Shown here one piece after another: positions 14,004 to 23,400 of a stretch of 64,000 nucleotides of DNA (positions within the stretch are counted from its first letter, which is position 1; every line of letters starts with the position of its first letter). The DNA lies in the NCBI GenBank assembly GCA_964196195.1, contig CAXMSE010000039.1:66329-130328 (forward strand). Reading direction: 5' to 3'. Below the pieces are notes generated by a model. The model did not search any database, was not told where the DNA came from, and saw only the letters and a program-made list of their open reading frames with translations. The position numbers and the translations under genes are program-made. Source of the stretch: an uncultured Gammaproteobacteria bacterium (GTDB taxonomy: Bacteria > Actinomycetota > Acidimicrobiia > Acidimicrobiales > Aldehydirespiratoraceae).

Positions 14004-15647
14004 GTGAACCGAAGCATCACGCTGCGGGCGTGGCAGCACGAGGCCCTGGGGGCCTTCCTCGCTCACGATCGCCCCGATTTCTTGGCCGTGGCCTGTCCCG
14101 GGGCGGGCAAGACCACGTTCGCGCTCACCGCAGCGCGGCATTGGCTGGCAGGCGAACGACTTCCCCTCGTGGTGGTGGCGCCCACTCGTCATCTGAAGGC
14201 CCAGTGGGCTGTCGCCGCCGGTCGGTTCGGCTTTCATCTCGAGCCGGAGTGGGATGCGGGCATCGCCGAGATTCCAGCCGACATGCATGGAGTGGTGGTC
14301 ACCTACGCCCAGGCGGCAACCTCGGCGCGGCAGCTACAGCGGATCAGCCGTGACGGGATCGTGATCCTCGATGAGATCCACCATGCCGGCGGCGACAAGT
14401 CGTGGGGTGAGGGTGTTGCTACGGGATTCGCCGACGCCAAGTCGAGGCTCCTACTCTCCGGCACCCCGTTTCGTTCCGACGATTCGCCCATCCCGTTCGT
14501 GCGCTACACCCTCGGCGATTATGGCGACGCAGTCAGCGACTACGAGTACGACTACGGGGCCGCTCTACGCGATGGTGGCGTGGTGCGTCCCGTCTTCTTT
14601 CCCCGCTTCGACGGGCACATGGAGTGGATCGGCGCCGATGGCAACCACAAGGAGGCGGCCTTCGGTGATGAGGTGACCCGCGAAGACAGAGGTGCACGCC
14701 TACGCACCGCGCTGAGCGCCGAAGGAGACTGGCTTCCAACGGTGCTCACGCGGGCCGACGAGAAGCTGCGACAGATCCGCCGCACCTCACCCGATGCGGG
14801 TGGGTTGGTGATATCGATCGATCAGGATCACGCTCGCGGCGTCGCGGCCTTGCTGGAGAGGTGGACCGGCGAGAAGCCGGCAATCGCGGTGTCGGACGAC
14901 CCTCGAGCTTCTGAGGTGATCGATCGGTTCGCGGGCGGCGATCAGGCCTGGATCGTGACCGTGAGGATGATCAGCGAGGGGGTCGACATCCCCCGCCTGA
15001 GGGTCGGAGTACATGCCACCACCACCGTCACACCCCTTTTCTTTCGCCAGGCTGTGGGCCGGATCGCCCGCTGGACCCCTGGTCAGGCTTCTCAGAAGGC
15101 CTACTTCTATGTGCCCGACGACTCACGACTCAGATACCACGCCCAGACGATCGCGGAGCAGCGCCGCCACTCGATCAACGAGCGGATAGCAGCCGGGGAG
15201 CAGCGGGAATCGGCCCTCGACGATCTCCAACGTGCGGTGCGGATCGAGGAACAGCCCTCCCTCTTCCAGGCCTTGTCCTCGGTGGCGATGGTGGGGCCCG
15301 CCGACGACGGAATCGACCCCCACGAGGACCTGGTCATCGGGGCCGAGGATCTTGCCGGCACACCGATCGACCTTCCTCCACCACCGGTGATAGCGGGTCG
15401 CGAGCCTGACGCGAGGGCGACACTCGGAGATCTTCGGTCCCGCCATGCCCGCAAGAAGGAGCTTCGCCAGTGGAACGCCGATCGGGTGGTCGAGTTGGTG
15501 CGGGTCACCGGAATGGACCATCGCAGCGTCAACGGGGATCTCAACCGCCGCAGCGGCGTCGACCGGGTGAAAGAGGCCGATGAGAACTCGCTCAGGCGCC
15601 GACTTTCGGCCGCGGACGACTGGCTCGAGTCGTTGAGGTTGCGCTGA
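14004..15647 (+). CDS. Superfamily-2 DNA/RNA helicase (DEAH-type; possibly SftH-like)
   Basis: 547 aa. Motif I is ACPGAGKTTFAL, motif II is LDEIHHAG, motif III is LLLSGTPFRSD, and the C-terminal RecA lobe has VRMISEGVDIPRL and FRQAVGRIAR. Size and the core-at-N-terminus layout resemble the mycobacterial SftH clade; that comparison is from memory and not verified. Confidence 0.85.
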   Translation: MNRSITLRAWQHEALGAFLAHDRPDFLAVACPGAGKTTFALTAARHWLAGERLPLVVVAPTRHLKAQWAVAAGRFGFHLEPEWDAGIAEIPADMHGVVVTYAQAATSARQLQRISRDGIVILDEIHHAGGDKSWGEGVATGFADAKSRLLLSGTPFRSDDSPIPFVRYTLGDYGDAVSDYEYDYGAALRDGGVVRPVFFPRFDGHMEWIGADGNHKEAAFGDEVTREDRGARLRTALSAEGDWLPTVLTRADEKLRQIRRTSPDAGGLVISIDQDHARGVAALLERWTGEKPAIAVSDDPRASEVIDRFAGGDQAWIVTVRMISEGVDIPRLRVGVHATTTVTPLFFRQAVGRIARWTPGQASQKAYFYVPDDSRLRYHAQTIAEQRRHSINERIAAGEQRESALDDLQRAVRIEEQPSLFQALSSVAMVGPADDGIDPHEDLVIGAEDLAGTPIDLPPPPVIAGREPDARATLGDLRSRHARKKELRQWNADRVVELVRVTGMDHRSVNGDLNRRSGVDRVKEADENSLRRRLSAADDWLESLRLR

Positions 15648-15814
15648 GCGAGGCCGACCCATCACAAATCGGGCCGAGCGCACTCTGTTCGCGCGAATTT
15701 CAGGGCAAACTCAGTAGGCATCCTCATGCGGATGTGTGTCATTGCCGATTGGTTTGTGACGAGCGCCACGAGATGCGCTGGAACATTCCTCCCCGAGGAG
15801 ACGTTGTAACGACC

Positions 15815-16066
15815 ATGAGTGAACCGGAGAACACGATCAGGGCTATGCGGGAAGAGGCCGACGGCGACGTTTGCAGCCGCTCGCGGGTAATGGACTCCCT
15901 GCTCGACCTTCGACTCGAAGCCGGTGCCCGTTACGACCTGATCGAGCTCATCGACCTCGCCCTTCGCGATCTGCCGGGGAAAAACCTCGTCCCCAAGGAC
16001 TGGTGGTGCGAGCAGCTCGACACCTTCGAGCTGGTGGCGATGAACCCCGTGGAGCCGGTGGGCTGA
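15815..16066 (+). CDS. Small acidic hypothetical protein (83 aa)
   Basis: ATG at 15815 (MSEPENTIRAMREEADGD...). The + strand frame shows strong GC3 bias. The competing minus-strand ORF 15662-16078 translates to low-complexity, antisense-looking sequence. Confidence 0.45.
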   Translation: MSEPENTIRAMREEADGDVCSRSRVMDSLLDLRLEAGARYDLIELIDLALRDLPGKNLVPKDWWCEQLDTFELVAMNPVEPVG

Positions 16067-16126
16067 TAGCTCGTCCAAACCCCGAGAGGCGGCACACGGT
16101 CGTCACCTTGTCGTCTGCGGTACACA

Positions 16127-16152
16127 TCTAGAGCTCAGAAGCTTCGCTCGAG
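16127..16152. promoter_or_regulatory. Cluster of nested palindromes upstream of the PLP-enzyme cluster (operator candidate)
   Basis: TCTAGA, GAGCTC, AAGCTT (within the 8-nt palindrome GAAGCTTC) and CTCGAG all fall within 26 nt, about 40 nt upstream of the ATG at 16193. Confidence 0.25.
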
Positions 16153-16192
16153 GGGTGCGACGCCATGATTTGGTGGCAGACTCTTTTACATT

Positions 16193-17725
16193 ATGTATAA
16201 CGCTGCTGAATTCGCACGAGCCCACGCCTCGCTCGGCCTCACCACCGAGATCGCCGACACCGGCATCTACGAGCGCACCGTCGAACGGTTCAAAGAGCGA
16301 GGGATCGCCCTGCCTACCTTTGGCGAGTTGGCCGACCCGTCAACGATCCCGGCGGCGCGGATCGCTCCGCTGGCCGGGCTCGATCGAAACGAGCCCGACA
16401 GCCGCAACCTTTTCCGAGTCCACTGGTACGGCGGGCTCGACGGGTCGGGGCCCCACGAGGTTCCCGACTACATCGAGCTACCACCGGAAATGACCGGCGT
16501 CGAGGCCCGCATTTTGTTGGCCTTCGGCAACCGTTTCCCGATGATCAAGGCCCACAAGGTTCAGGCCGCCTATGCCTGCCTCGTGCCGCGTCTCGTCACC
16601 GGCCGATTCGACCCCACGGTGCACCGCGCCGTTTGGCCATCGACGGGCAACTACGCGAGGGGCGGCATCGCCATCAGTCGCATCATGGATTGCCGCGGCG
16701 TGGCGGTGCTTCCGGAGGGGATGAGCAAGGCTCGGTTCGATTGGCTCGAGCAATGGACTCTCGATCCGGCCAACGACATCATCCGCACCCCCGGTACCGA
16801 GTCCAACGTCAAGGAGATCTACGACACCTGTAACGAGCTCGAGAAGGATCCTGAGATCGCGATCATCAATCAGTTCTCGGAGTTCTCCAATCACCTGGGC
16901 CACTACTCCATCACAGGGCCGGCTCTGGAGCGGGTCTACGAACACGCCACCTCCGGCGACGCAGGCGCCCGGCTCGCGGCCTACGTTTCCGCTTCTGGCT
17001 CAGCGGGCACGCTCGGTGCAGGCGATTACCTGAAGGACCACCACGGATCGCGGATCGTCGCGGTCGAGGCGCTCGAGTGCCCCACCCTTCTGGAGAACGG
17101 TTTTGGTGATCACAACATCCAGGGCATCGGCGACAAGCACGTTCCCCTCATCCACAACGTGATGAACACCGACGACGTGATCGCGGTGAGCGACCGGTCC
17201 ACCGATGCCCTCGATGCCCTGTTCAACACCGACACCGGTAAGGCCCACCTGGTCGACCGCGTCGGCCTCGACCCTTCGTTGGTCGATGCACTGAAGCACA
17301 TGGGCTACTCCTCGAGTTGCAACGCTCTCGCCGCGATCAAGCTCGCCAAGGAGCGCGGATACGGCCGTGAAGACGTCGTCGTCACCGTGGCCACCGATGG
17401 CAGCGAGCTCTACGACGCGGAGAGGGCCGAGTATCTCGCCCACCATCATCCCGACGGTTACGACTCCGTGGCCGCTGCCACCGATTTCGGTCGCGAGCTC
17501 GAGGCCGGCGACACGGCCAAACATCTCGAGCTCACCGAGGCCGAGCGTCGGCGCGTGTTCAACCTCGGCTACTTCACGTGGGTGGAGCAGCAGGGCACCG
17601 ATTTCGCCGACTTCACCGCCCGTGGTCACCAAGGATTCTGGGACGGCATGCGTCACTTCGTCGCCGACTGGGATGAGCTCATCGTCGAGTTCAATGATCG
17701 CACCGGCACCCGCGCCGACGAGTGA
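16193..17725 (+). CDS. Fold-type II PLP-dependent enzyme (cysteine synthase/TrpB-like) with ~110-aa N-terminal extension
   Basis: 510 aa. The candidate PLP-lysine region is FPMIKAHKVQAAYACL, with STGNYARGGIA and SGSAGTLGAG (Gly-rich phosphate loop). It is longer than canonical CysK/CysM. Confidence 0.7.
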   Translation: MYNAAEFARAHASLGLTTEIADTGIYERTVERFKERGIALPTFGELADPSTIPAARIAPLAGLDRNEPDSRNLFRVHWYGGLDGSGPHEVPDYIELPPEMTGVEARILLAFGNRFPMIKAHKVQAAYACLVPRLVTGRFDPTVHRAVWPSTGNYARGGIAISRIMDCRGVAVLPEGMSKARFDWLEQWTLDPANDIIRTPGTESNVKEIYDTCNELEKDPEIAIINQFSEFSNHLGHYSITGPALERVYEHATSGDAGARLAAYVSASGSAGTLGAGDYLKDHHGSRIVAVEALECPTLLENGFGDHNIQGIGDKHVPLIHNVMNTDDVIAVSDRSTDALDALFNTDTGKAHLVDRVGLDPSLVDALKHMGYSSSCNALAAIKLAKERGYGREDVVVTVATDGSELYDAERAEYLAHHHPDGYDSVAAATDFGRELEAGDTAKHLELTEAERRRVFNLGYFTWVEQQGTDFADFTARGHQGFWDGMRHFVADWDELIVEFNDRTGTRADE

Positions 17726-17726
17726 C

Positions 17727-18983
17727 GTGACGTCCACGTTCGAGCGGTATGTCGACCGCCTCGATGTCAGCCGGCACGTGACCGACGGAGATCTCAGCCG
17801 CGAGGATCTTGTCGCCACCATCCGGCGCATCGATCGTGCGGTGGCAGAAGTGGAAGGCCACGGATTCGAGCCCACGCCGTTCGTGATCGAACGCGAGTTG
17901 GGGGTTGCAGCCGGACTCCCCGGGGCGACCGAACTCTGGGTGAAGGACGAGACCGACAACGTCTCTGGTTCGCACAAAGCGCGCCACCTGTTCGGGGTAG
18001 CGGTGCAAGAGGCGGTGAAGGCAGATGCCGGCAGTGGTCCATTCGCGATCGCGAGCTGCGGAAATGCCGCGCTCGGGGCGGCGGTGATCGCCAACGCTGT
18101 CGAGCATTCCCTCGAAGTGTTCGTGCCCGACTGGGCCAATGAGGCGGTCGTCGATCGCGTCGAGGACCTGGGCGGTGAAGTAGTGCGATGTGAGCGCCAG
18201 CCCGGCGTTCTCGGTGATCCCGCCCACCACGCCATGGTGGCAGCGATCGAATCGGGAGCAGTGCCGTTCTCCTGTCAGGGCACCGAAACACCCTCCACCA
18301 TCGATGGCGGTCGCACCATCGCCTACGAAATGGTCGACACGCTCCTGGCCCACGATGGCAGCGCTCCGTCCCGCCTCGATCGGCTGTTCGTGCAGGTCGG
18401 CGGGGGAGCCTTGGGAAGTGCGGTGGTCACAGGACTCGCCCGCTCGGCCCACCTCATCTCGCTCCCAATCGTTCATGCCGTCCAGCCCGAGGGAAATCAC
18501 CCCCTGGTGCGAGCATGGGACCGACTCGTCGCGGAAATGCTTCCGGTGGCCGAGCCTGGCACCAACGGCGAAAGGGCAGATGCGGCCCAAACCCTCGGGC
18601 CCATCGACGAGCAGGGATTCGCCGAGGTGAGGGCCCGGATAGAGGCTGATTCCGGCCGTTACATGGCGCCCTGGGATGATGAGCCGGTGTCCTACGCCAC
18701 GGGGATCCTCGACGATGTCACCTACGACTGGATCCCCCTGATCGAGGCCATGCTTCGTTCCGGCGGCCACCCGGTGGTGGCATCCGAACACGATCTGCGC
18801 CAAGCCCACCGGCTCGCCCACATCCACACCGACATCGAGGTGTGCCCGACAGGAGCGGCTGGTCTCGGCGGGCTCCTCTCCCTGCTCAGCTCACGCCCCC
18901 ACCTTTTCGCCTCCGGAGAACGCATCGCCTTGTTGTTCACCGGACACATGCGGCCCGGCGACCCCGACCCCCGGGCGGGCTGA
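17727..18983 (+). CDS. Fold-type II PLP-dependent enzyme (threonine synthase/TrpB-like)
   Basis: GTG at 17727, one nt after the upstream stop (VTSTFERYVD...). The candidate PLP-lysine motif is DETDNVSGSHKARHLFG, with ASCGNAALGAA and VQVGGGALGSA. The track ORF's upstream extension lies inside the previous gene. Confidence 0.7.
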   Translation: MTSTFERYVDRLDVSRHVTDGDLSREDLVATIRRIDRAVAEVEGHGFEPTPFVIERELGVAAGLPGATELWVKDETDNVSGSHKARHLFGVAVQEAVKADAGSGPFAIASCGNAALGAAVIANAVEHSLEVFVPDWANEAVVDRVEDLGGEVVRCERQPGVLGDPAHHAMVAAIESGAVPFSCQGTETPSTIDGGRTIAYEMVDTLLAHDGSAPSRLDRLFVQVGGGALGSAVVTGLARSAHLISLPIVHAVQPEGNHPLVRAWDRLVAEMLPVAEPGTNGERADAAQTLGPIDEQGFAEVRARIEADSGRYMAPWDDEPVSYATGILDDVTYDWIPLIEAMLRSGGHPVVASEHDLRQAHRLAHIHTDIEVCPTGAAGLGGLLSLLSSRPHLFASGERIALLFTGHMRPGDPDPRAG

Positions 18984-18991
18984 GACGCGTC

Positions 18992-20158
18992 GTGCAACAA
19001 CAGCGGCGCGTCTTCACGATCATCATCGTCCTGAGCGCGGCCGCGGTGGCTCAGGCTTTCGGACGGTTCACATGGGGAGTGGTGCTACCCGAGGCGCGCG
19101 ACGATGTGCTCGACGGCTCCAACACGCTCGCCGGACTTTTCGGATCGATCAATGTGAGCGCCTACCTCTTCGGCACTATCGTCGTGGCCTGGCTCGCATC
19201 CCGGCTCACACTTGTCGGCCTCGTTCGCTTCGGACTCGTTCTGTCCACTTCCGGCATCGGGCTGGCGGCCTTCGCTCCTGAGCCATGGGTACTCGGTGTG
19301 GCGTTGGCGATAATGGGTATCGGCGGCGCGATCATCTGGGTTCCCGCTCCGGGCATCACTGCCCGCCTTTTTCCCGACAACCGGCGTGGCCTGGCTTCGG
19401 GCATCGTGGGCACGGGCATCGGCGTCGGCATCGTGTTCTCGGGCCGGCTCGCAAGCTGGCTGGGAGGACGCTCCGAAGAGGCGGTGTGGCAGACCGTCTA
19501 TCGGGTCGAGTTCGTGATCGCGGTGGCGGTGCTCGCACTCGCGTTCACGGTGCTTCGATCTGAGGGTGAGAGGCCATCGGTGGCGGGTGGCCTCGGTGGC
19601 TTCGGAGCTCTCCGCGGAGTCGATGGTTGGAAGCCGCTCACCGTGGCCTACTCCGCCTACGGCTTTAGTTACATCCTCGTGATCGCCTTCCTGGTGGCTC
19701 GCCTCGAAGACGATGCCGGCTATTCCCCAGGTCGGGCCGCACTGATTTTCTCGATCGTGGGCGTGGCCATTATCGTCGGCGGCCTCACCGTGGCCCCGAT
19801 TTCGGATCGTGTGGGACGGAGGCCGACACTCGTAATCGCGTTCGTGGTGTGGGCCGCGGCGGCCCTCGCGATGCTCACTGGCTCGTTGCCGGTGGTCATA
19901 GTCGCGGCGATTGCAATCGGCTTGATGTTCAGCGGAATTCCCACCACGATCATCGCCCACGTGGTCACCCACACCGACCAGTCCACCTATGGTCCGGCCT
20001 TCAGCGCCACCACCTTGGCCTTCGGTGCGTCGCAAGCCGTATCACCCCAGATAGGTGGGGCAGTTGCCGATTGGCGAGGGTCCTTCACGCTCGTGTTTGT
20101 GATGGCCGCGGTGATGGCTCTGGTGGGCGCGGTGGCGGCCAGTCGGCTTCCCGAGTGA
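18992..20158 (+). CDS. MFS transporter
   Basis: GTG at 18992, 8 nt after the upstream stop. About 12 hydrophobic segments, with an MFS-like loop DNRRGLASGIVGTGIGVG. Confidence 0.8.
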   Translation: MQQQRRVFTIIIVLSAAAVAQAFGRFTWGVVLPEARDDVLDGSNTLAGLFGSINVSAYLFGTIVVAWLASRLTLVGLVRFGLVLSTSGIGLAAFAPEPWVLGVALAIMGIGGAIIWVPAPGITARLFPDNRRGLASGIVGTGIGVGIVFSGRLASWLGGRSEEAVWQTVYRVEFVIAVAVLALAFTVLRSEGERPSVAGGLGGFGALRGVDGWKPLTVAYSAYGFSYILVIAFLVARLEDDAGYSPGRAALIFSIVGVAIIVGGLTVAPISDRVGRRPTLVIAFVVWAAAALAMLTGSLPVVIVAAIAIGLMFSGIPTTIIAHVVTHTDQSTYGPAFSATTLAFGASQAVSPQIGGAVADWRGSFTLVFVMAAVMALVGAVAASRLPE

Positions 20159-20159
20159 G

Positions 20160-20489
20160 TCAGGCCTCGGGGTCGGTTTCGTAGATCTCCGCCGCCTCCG
20201 TTGAGCCGTCGTCGAGCAACACCGCCGTGGACACTCTCCGGTAGCCGGCTCCTTGGGAACGGTCGAGTCGGTCGAGGCGACGATCGAGCACATCGGACTC
20301 GATCACATCCACCTCCACCCGAGGCCCGGAGTCGTCGAGGGTCAGCCCTTCCCAGCCCTCCGCGGGTCCCCAGGTGATCTCGTAGGCCCAGCCTCGGACG
20401 CTCCCTCGCTGCCACTCGCCACCAATTCCCCCCACCTCGTGGTGGGCGTCGCCGCCGCGCATGAGTGAGCCGTAGACCGCGAGTCGCAC
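20160..20489 (-). CDS. Gamma-glutamylcyclotransferase (AIG2/GGACT-like) family protein
   Basis: VRLAVYGSLMRGG...GW matches the YGSL motif of the GGCT/AIG2 family. I moved the start to GTG at 20489, 11 nt after the adnB stop, because the longer track ORF overlaps adnB by 120 nt. Confidence 0.6.
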   Translation of the reverse strand: MRLAVYGSLMRGGDAHHEVGGIGGEWQRGSVRGWAYEITWGPAEGWEGLTLDDSGPRVEVDVIESDVLDRRLDRLDRSQGAGYRRVSTAVLLDDGSTEAAEIYETDPEA

Positions 20490-20499
20490 GAGGTTGAGT

Positions 20500-23400
20500 C
20501 TAGAGGTCGGCGGCCTCCCCGCCGGTGGCCGAAAGGTCGGCCAACTCGCCCGCTCGTGCCTCCACCTCGGCCATCGCCAACCCCAGATCGGACAGCTCGG
20601 CCTCGGTGGCTCCCTGTTCACTGAGAAACACGAACACCATCCGGCTGATGGGCTCGCCGGTGGCGGCTCTCACCGCCGCCGCATAGCTCGCACCTTGGAG
20701 TCGGTAGCGCTCGAGCTTGGCCGCGATGTCGTCGTCGCCCTGGACGTGGTCGGTCTTCCAGTCGACGATGACAAGGCCCTCGGCATCCCGGTAGAGCAGG
20801 TCGACATAACCCTCGACCAGGCGCTCGCCGACCGGAGCGGCCACCCAGACTTCGCGCCAGTGTTTCGAGCGGGTGGCGGCCTGAGCGATGGGGCTCTCTA
20901 TGGCGCTCGAGGCCAAGCGGCGGATCACCGCGGTGCGGTTGGTAACGCCTTCCGCGGCGGCCTGGGCCGCGGCGGCATCGTCGAGGCCGGCGCCGGTGGC
21001 GAGATCGACGATCTGGAGGACGCCGTGAACGGCCCGTCCGACAGCGGTGCCGTAGCGCCCCTTCTGCCAGGGAGGCAGGTCGAGATCGCGGGAGCGCTTG
21101 TGCAGGCCGGGATCGGCTGCATCGGCAACTTCGCGGGCCAGGGTGGTTGCCGCCACGACCATGCGAGTGGAGGCAGCGGCGAGGGCAGCGCTGCGCTCGC
21201 GGGCCCAGAGGGCGCGCTCGGGCACGGCGGCGCGCTCGGGGGCGGTGGGGGCGGTGTAGGACGTGGGGGTGGGTACGAAAGCGGTGGCTGCGGTGGACCT
21301 CAGGGCGGGCTCGGCCATCACCGATGCGCTCGTCCGCGCCTTCTGGTCGAGACGATGCAGGCAGACCACCAGATGATCGCGGGCGCGGGTTGCCGCCACG
21401 TACATCAGCCGCAGCCGCTCGTGTTCGTCCATCTGATCGTCGATCGGCTTCCAGGAGTCGTAGCCCTCCGATGCCACGATGCTGGAGAGCTTCACGAGGG
21501 CCGATCCGTCCGGTGGGAAATCAATCGACGGCCCCCGCGATGGGCGCTGGAACTGGGTGGTCATCCCCGCGAGCACGGTGATCGGAAACTCGAGTCCCTT
21601 TGCTCCGTGGATGGTCATGATGCGCACCGAATCGTCGTCGGTCTCGGGCAGCACCGTTTCTGAAACCCGGGCGTTGTCGGCTCCCTGGAGGCGGGCCCAC
21701 TGCAGGTACGCCCTCAGGTCGGTGCCTCCGGCATCGACCCAGGCCCGGGCCTGATCGGTGACGAACCGAAGCCGCCGCCACACATCGCGAGGCGCTCCTG
21801 TGGCGATCGCGCTCTCCAACACGGCACGATCGCGAACAACACGGTCGAGCAGTTCGGCGGGGGTTGACCAGAGGCGAGCCTCGTGCAGTTGGGCGAGGTG
21901 GGCGAGCCCATCGGCCACCGGGTGCCCCTCGGTGCCCTCGGGTGGGTCGGACCGCAGGGAGAAGCGGCCTTGGTGACCCAGTCGCCAGTGGGCGAGGTCG
22001 TCATCGCCACAGCCATAGACGAAGGACCGCAATGCGGCGACCGTGGCGAGCTCGTCGGTGGGGTCGGCCACCGCCCGAAGCGTGAGCATCAGCTCGCGCA
22101 CTTCTCGCGACGCGTAGACGAGGGACGATGTCTCCGCTCGATAAGGCACACCGACGCGATCGAGGGCTCGTTCGAGGGCGGGCAGGCTCGTTCGGGCGGG
22201 TAAGAGGATGCACACATCGCTGGGAAGCGCTTCGCGCCAGCCTCCTTTGTTGTCGCCGACCATCCACGGCTGGGGCCCCCTCAGTGCCCCGGCGACGGTG
22301 AGAGCCACGTCGCGCGTCTCGACCAGGCGTAAGGAATCGGCCTTGAGTTTCTCGGCGATCGGCTCGCTGCCGAGTAGTGCGACCGAGGGGCCGGCCGGTG
22401 CGGCTTCCTCGCGGTGGGCGCTGAGGGCTACGTATTCGGGTTGGCTGCCTGGCTCGGGCCGGATGAGTTCGCCGAAGACGTCGTTGATCCAGCTAATGAT
22501 CGGGGCGGTGGTACGGAAGTTGACGGTGAGCGAGGGCCGGTCGTGGATACGATCACGGGCCGCGAGATAGACGCCGATGTCGGCTCTTCGGAATCTGTAG
22601 ATCGACTGCTTGGGGTCGCCCACCACGAAGAGGCGGCCGGGGTCGAGGGGGAGATCGTGCCAGCTCCGGCCTCCGGGGTCGTCCTCGGATGTGGCGATGA
22701 GTACCGCCAGTTCGATCTGGATCGGGTCGGTGTCCTGGAACTCGTCGAGCAGGAGTCGGGTGTAGCGCTCCCGCAGCGATGAACGAACCGCCTGGCCGTG
22801 TACGGGATGGCTGAGCACGCGTCGGGCGTGGACGAGGAGATCGTGGAATTCGAGACGTCCCTCGGCTCGTCGCTGCTCGGCGGAGCGAACGACGAAGGTG
22901 CCGATCCGGCCGCCGAGATGATGAAGGGCACCGGTGGTGACTCGGGCAACCGCTGCATCACATTCGGAGGCGAGTGAGCGCACCGTTCGCCGAATCTCGT
23001 CGACATCGATTGCCCAGTTGCTCTTGCGACCATTGCGGCCTGGTTTCAAGGCCCGGGTGGCGCCGTTTCGCTCGCCCATGTCGGCTGCGATTGCCATGGC
23101 GTCGATCTCGTCGAGAGCACCGGCGAGGTCGGCGCGATTCTCGGCGAGGCGACCGAAGAACTTCAAGAGGCCGTCGTCGGCCTCGGGCGCGCAATGGCGG
23201 CGAAGATTCAGAACCTCGTCGAAGCGGGCCAGCAGGGAAGCCCCGTCGAAGGGCACGGGGGGCGGAGGGTCGAGGTCGAGCCTGTCGCTCACGAGGTCCC
23301 AGTTGGCGGCCATCTGGAGGGCCAGCGAACGCAGGGCATCGAGTTTCACGCCGGCGGCCTCGAGCGCGAGCAGGGAGCGAGACATCTCGTCGTCGTCGAG

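Noticed and set aside
16127-16152. Four common cloning sites (XbaI, SacI, HindIII, XhoI) within 26 nt look like a synthetic polylinker.
   Set aside because: There is no flanking vector-like sequence, and the surrounding genes are contiguous and native-looking. Nested natural palindromes or an operator are a simpler explanation. I kept it as a low-interest regulatory candidate instead.
17000-18235. Long antisense or alternative-frame ORFs of 140-510 aa in the track. Examples are 17000-18235(-), 17691-18827(-), 38056-39597(-), 36027-37376(-), 31054-32481(-), 20494-21663(+), 24582-25805(-), 7374-8546(-) and 54070-54816(-).
   Set aside because: They overlap genes that carry clear family motifs. 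They translate to Arg/Pro/Gly/Ala-rich low-complexity sequence and lack start context. Long spurious ORFs are expected in GC-rich DNA because stop codons are A/T-rich.
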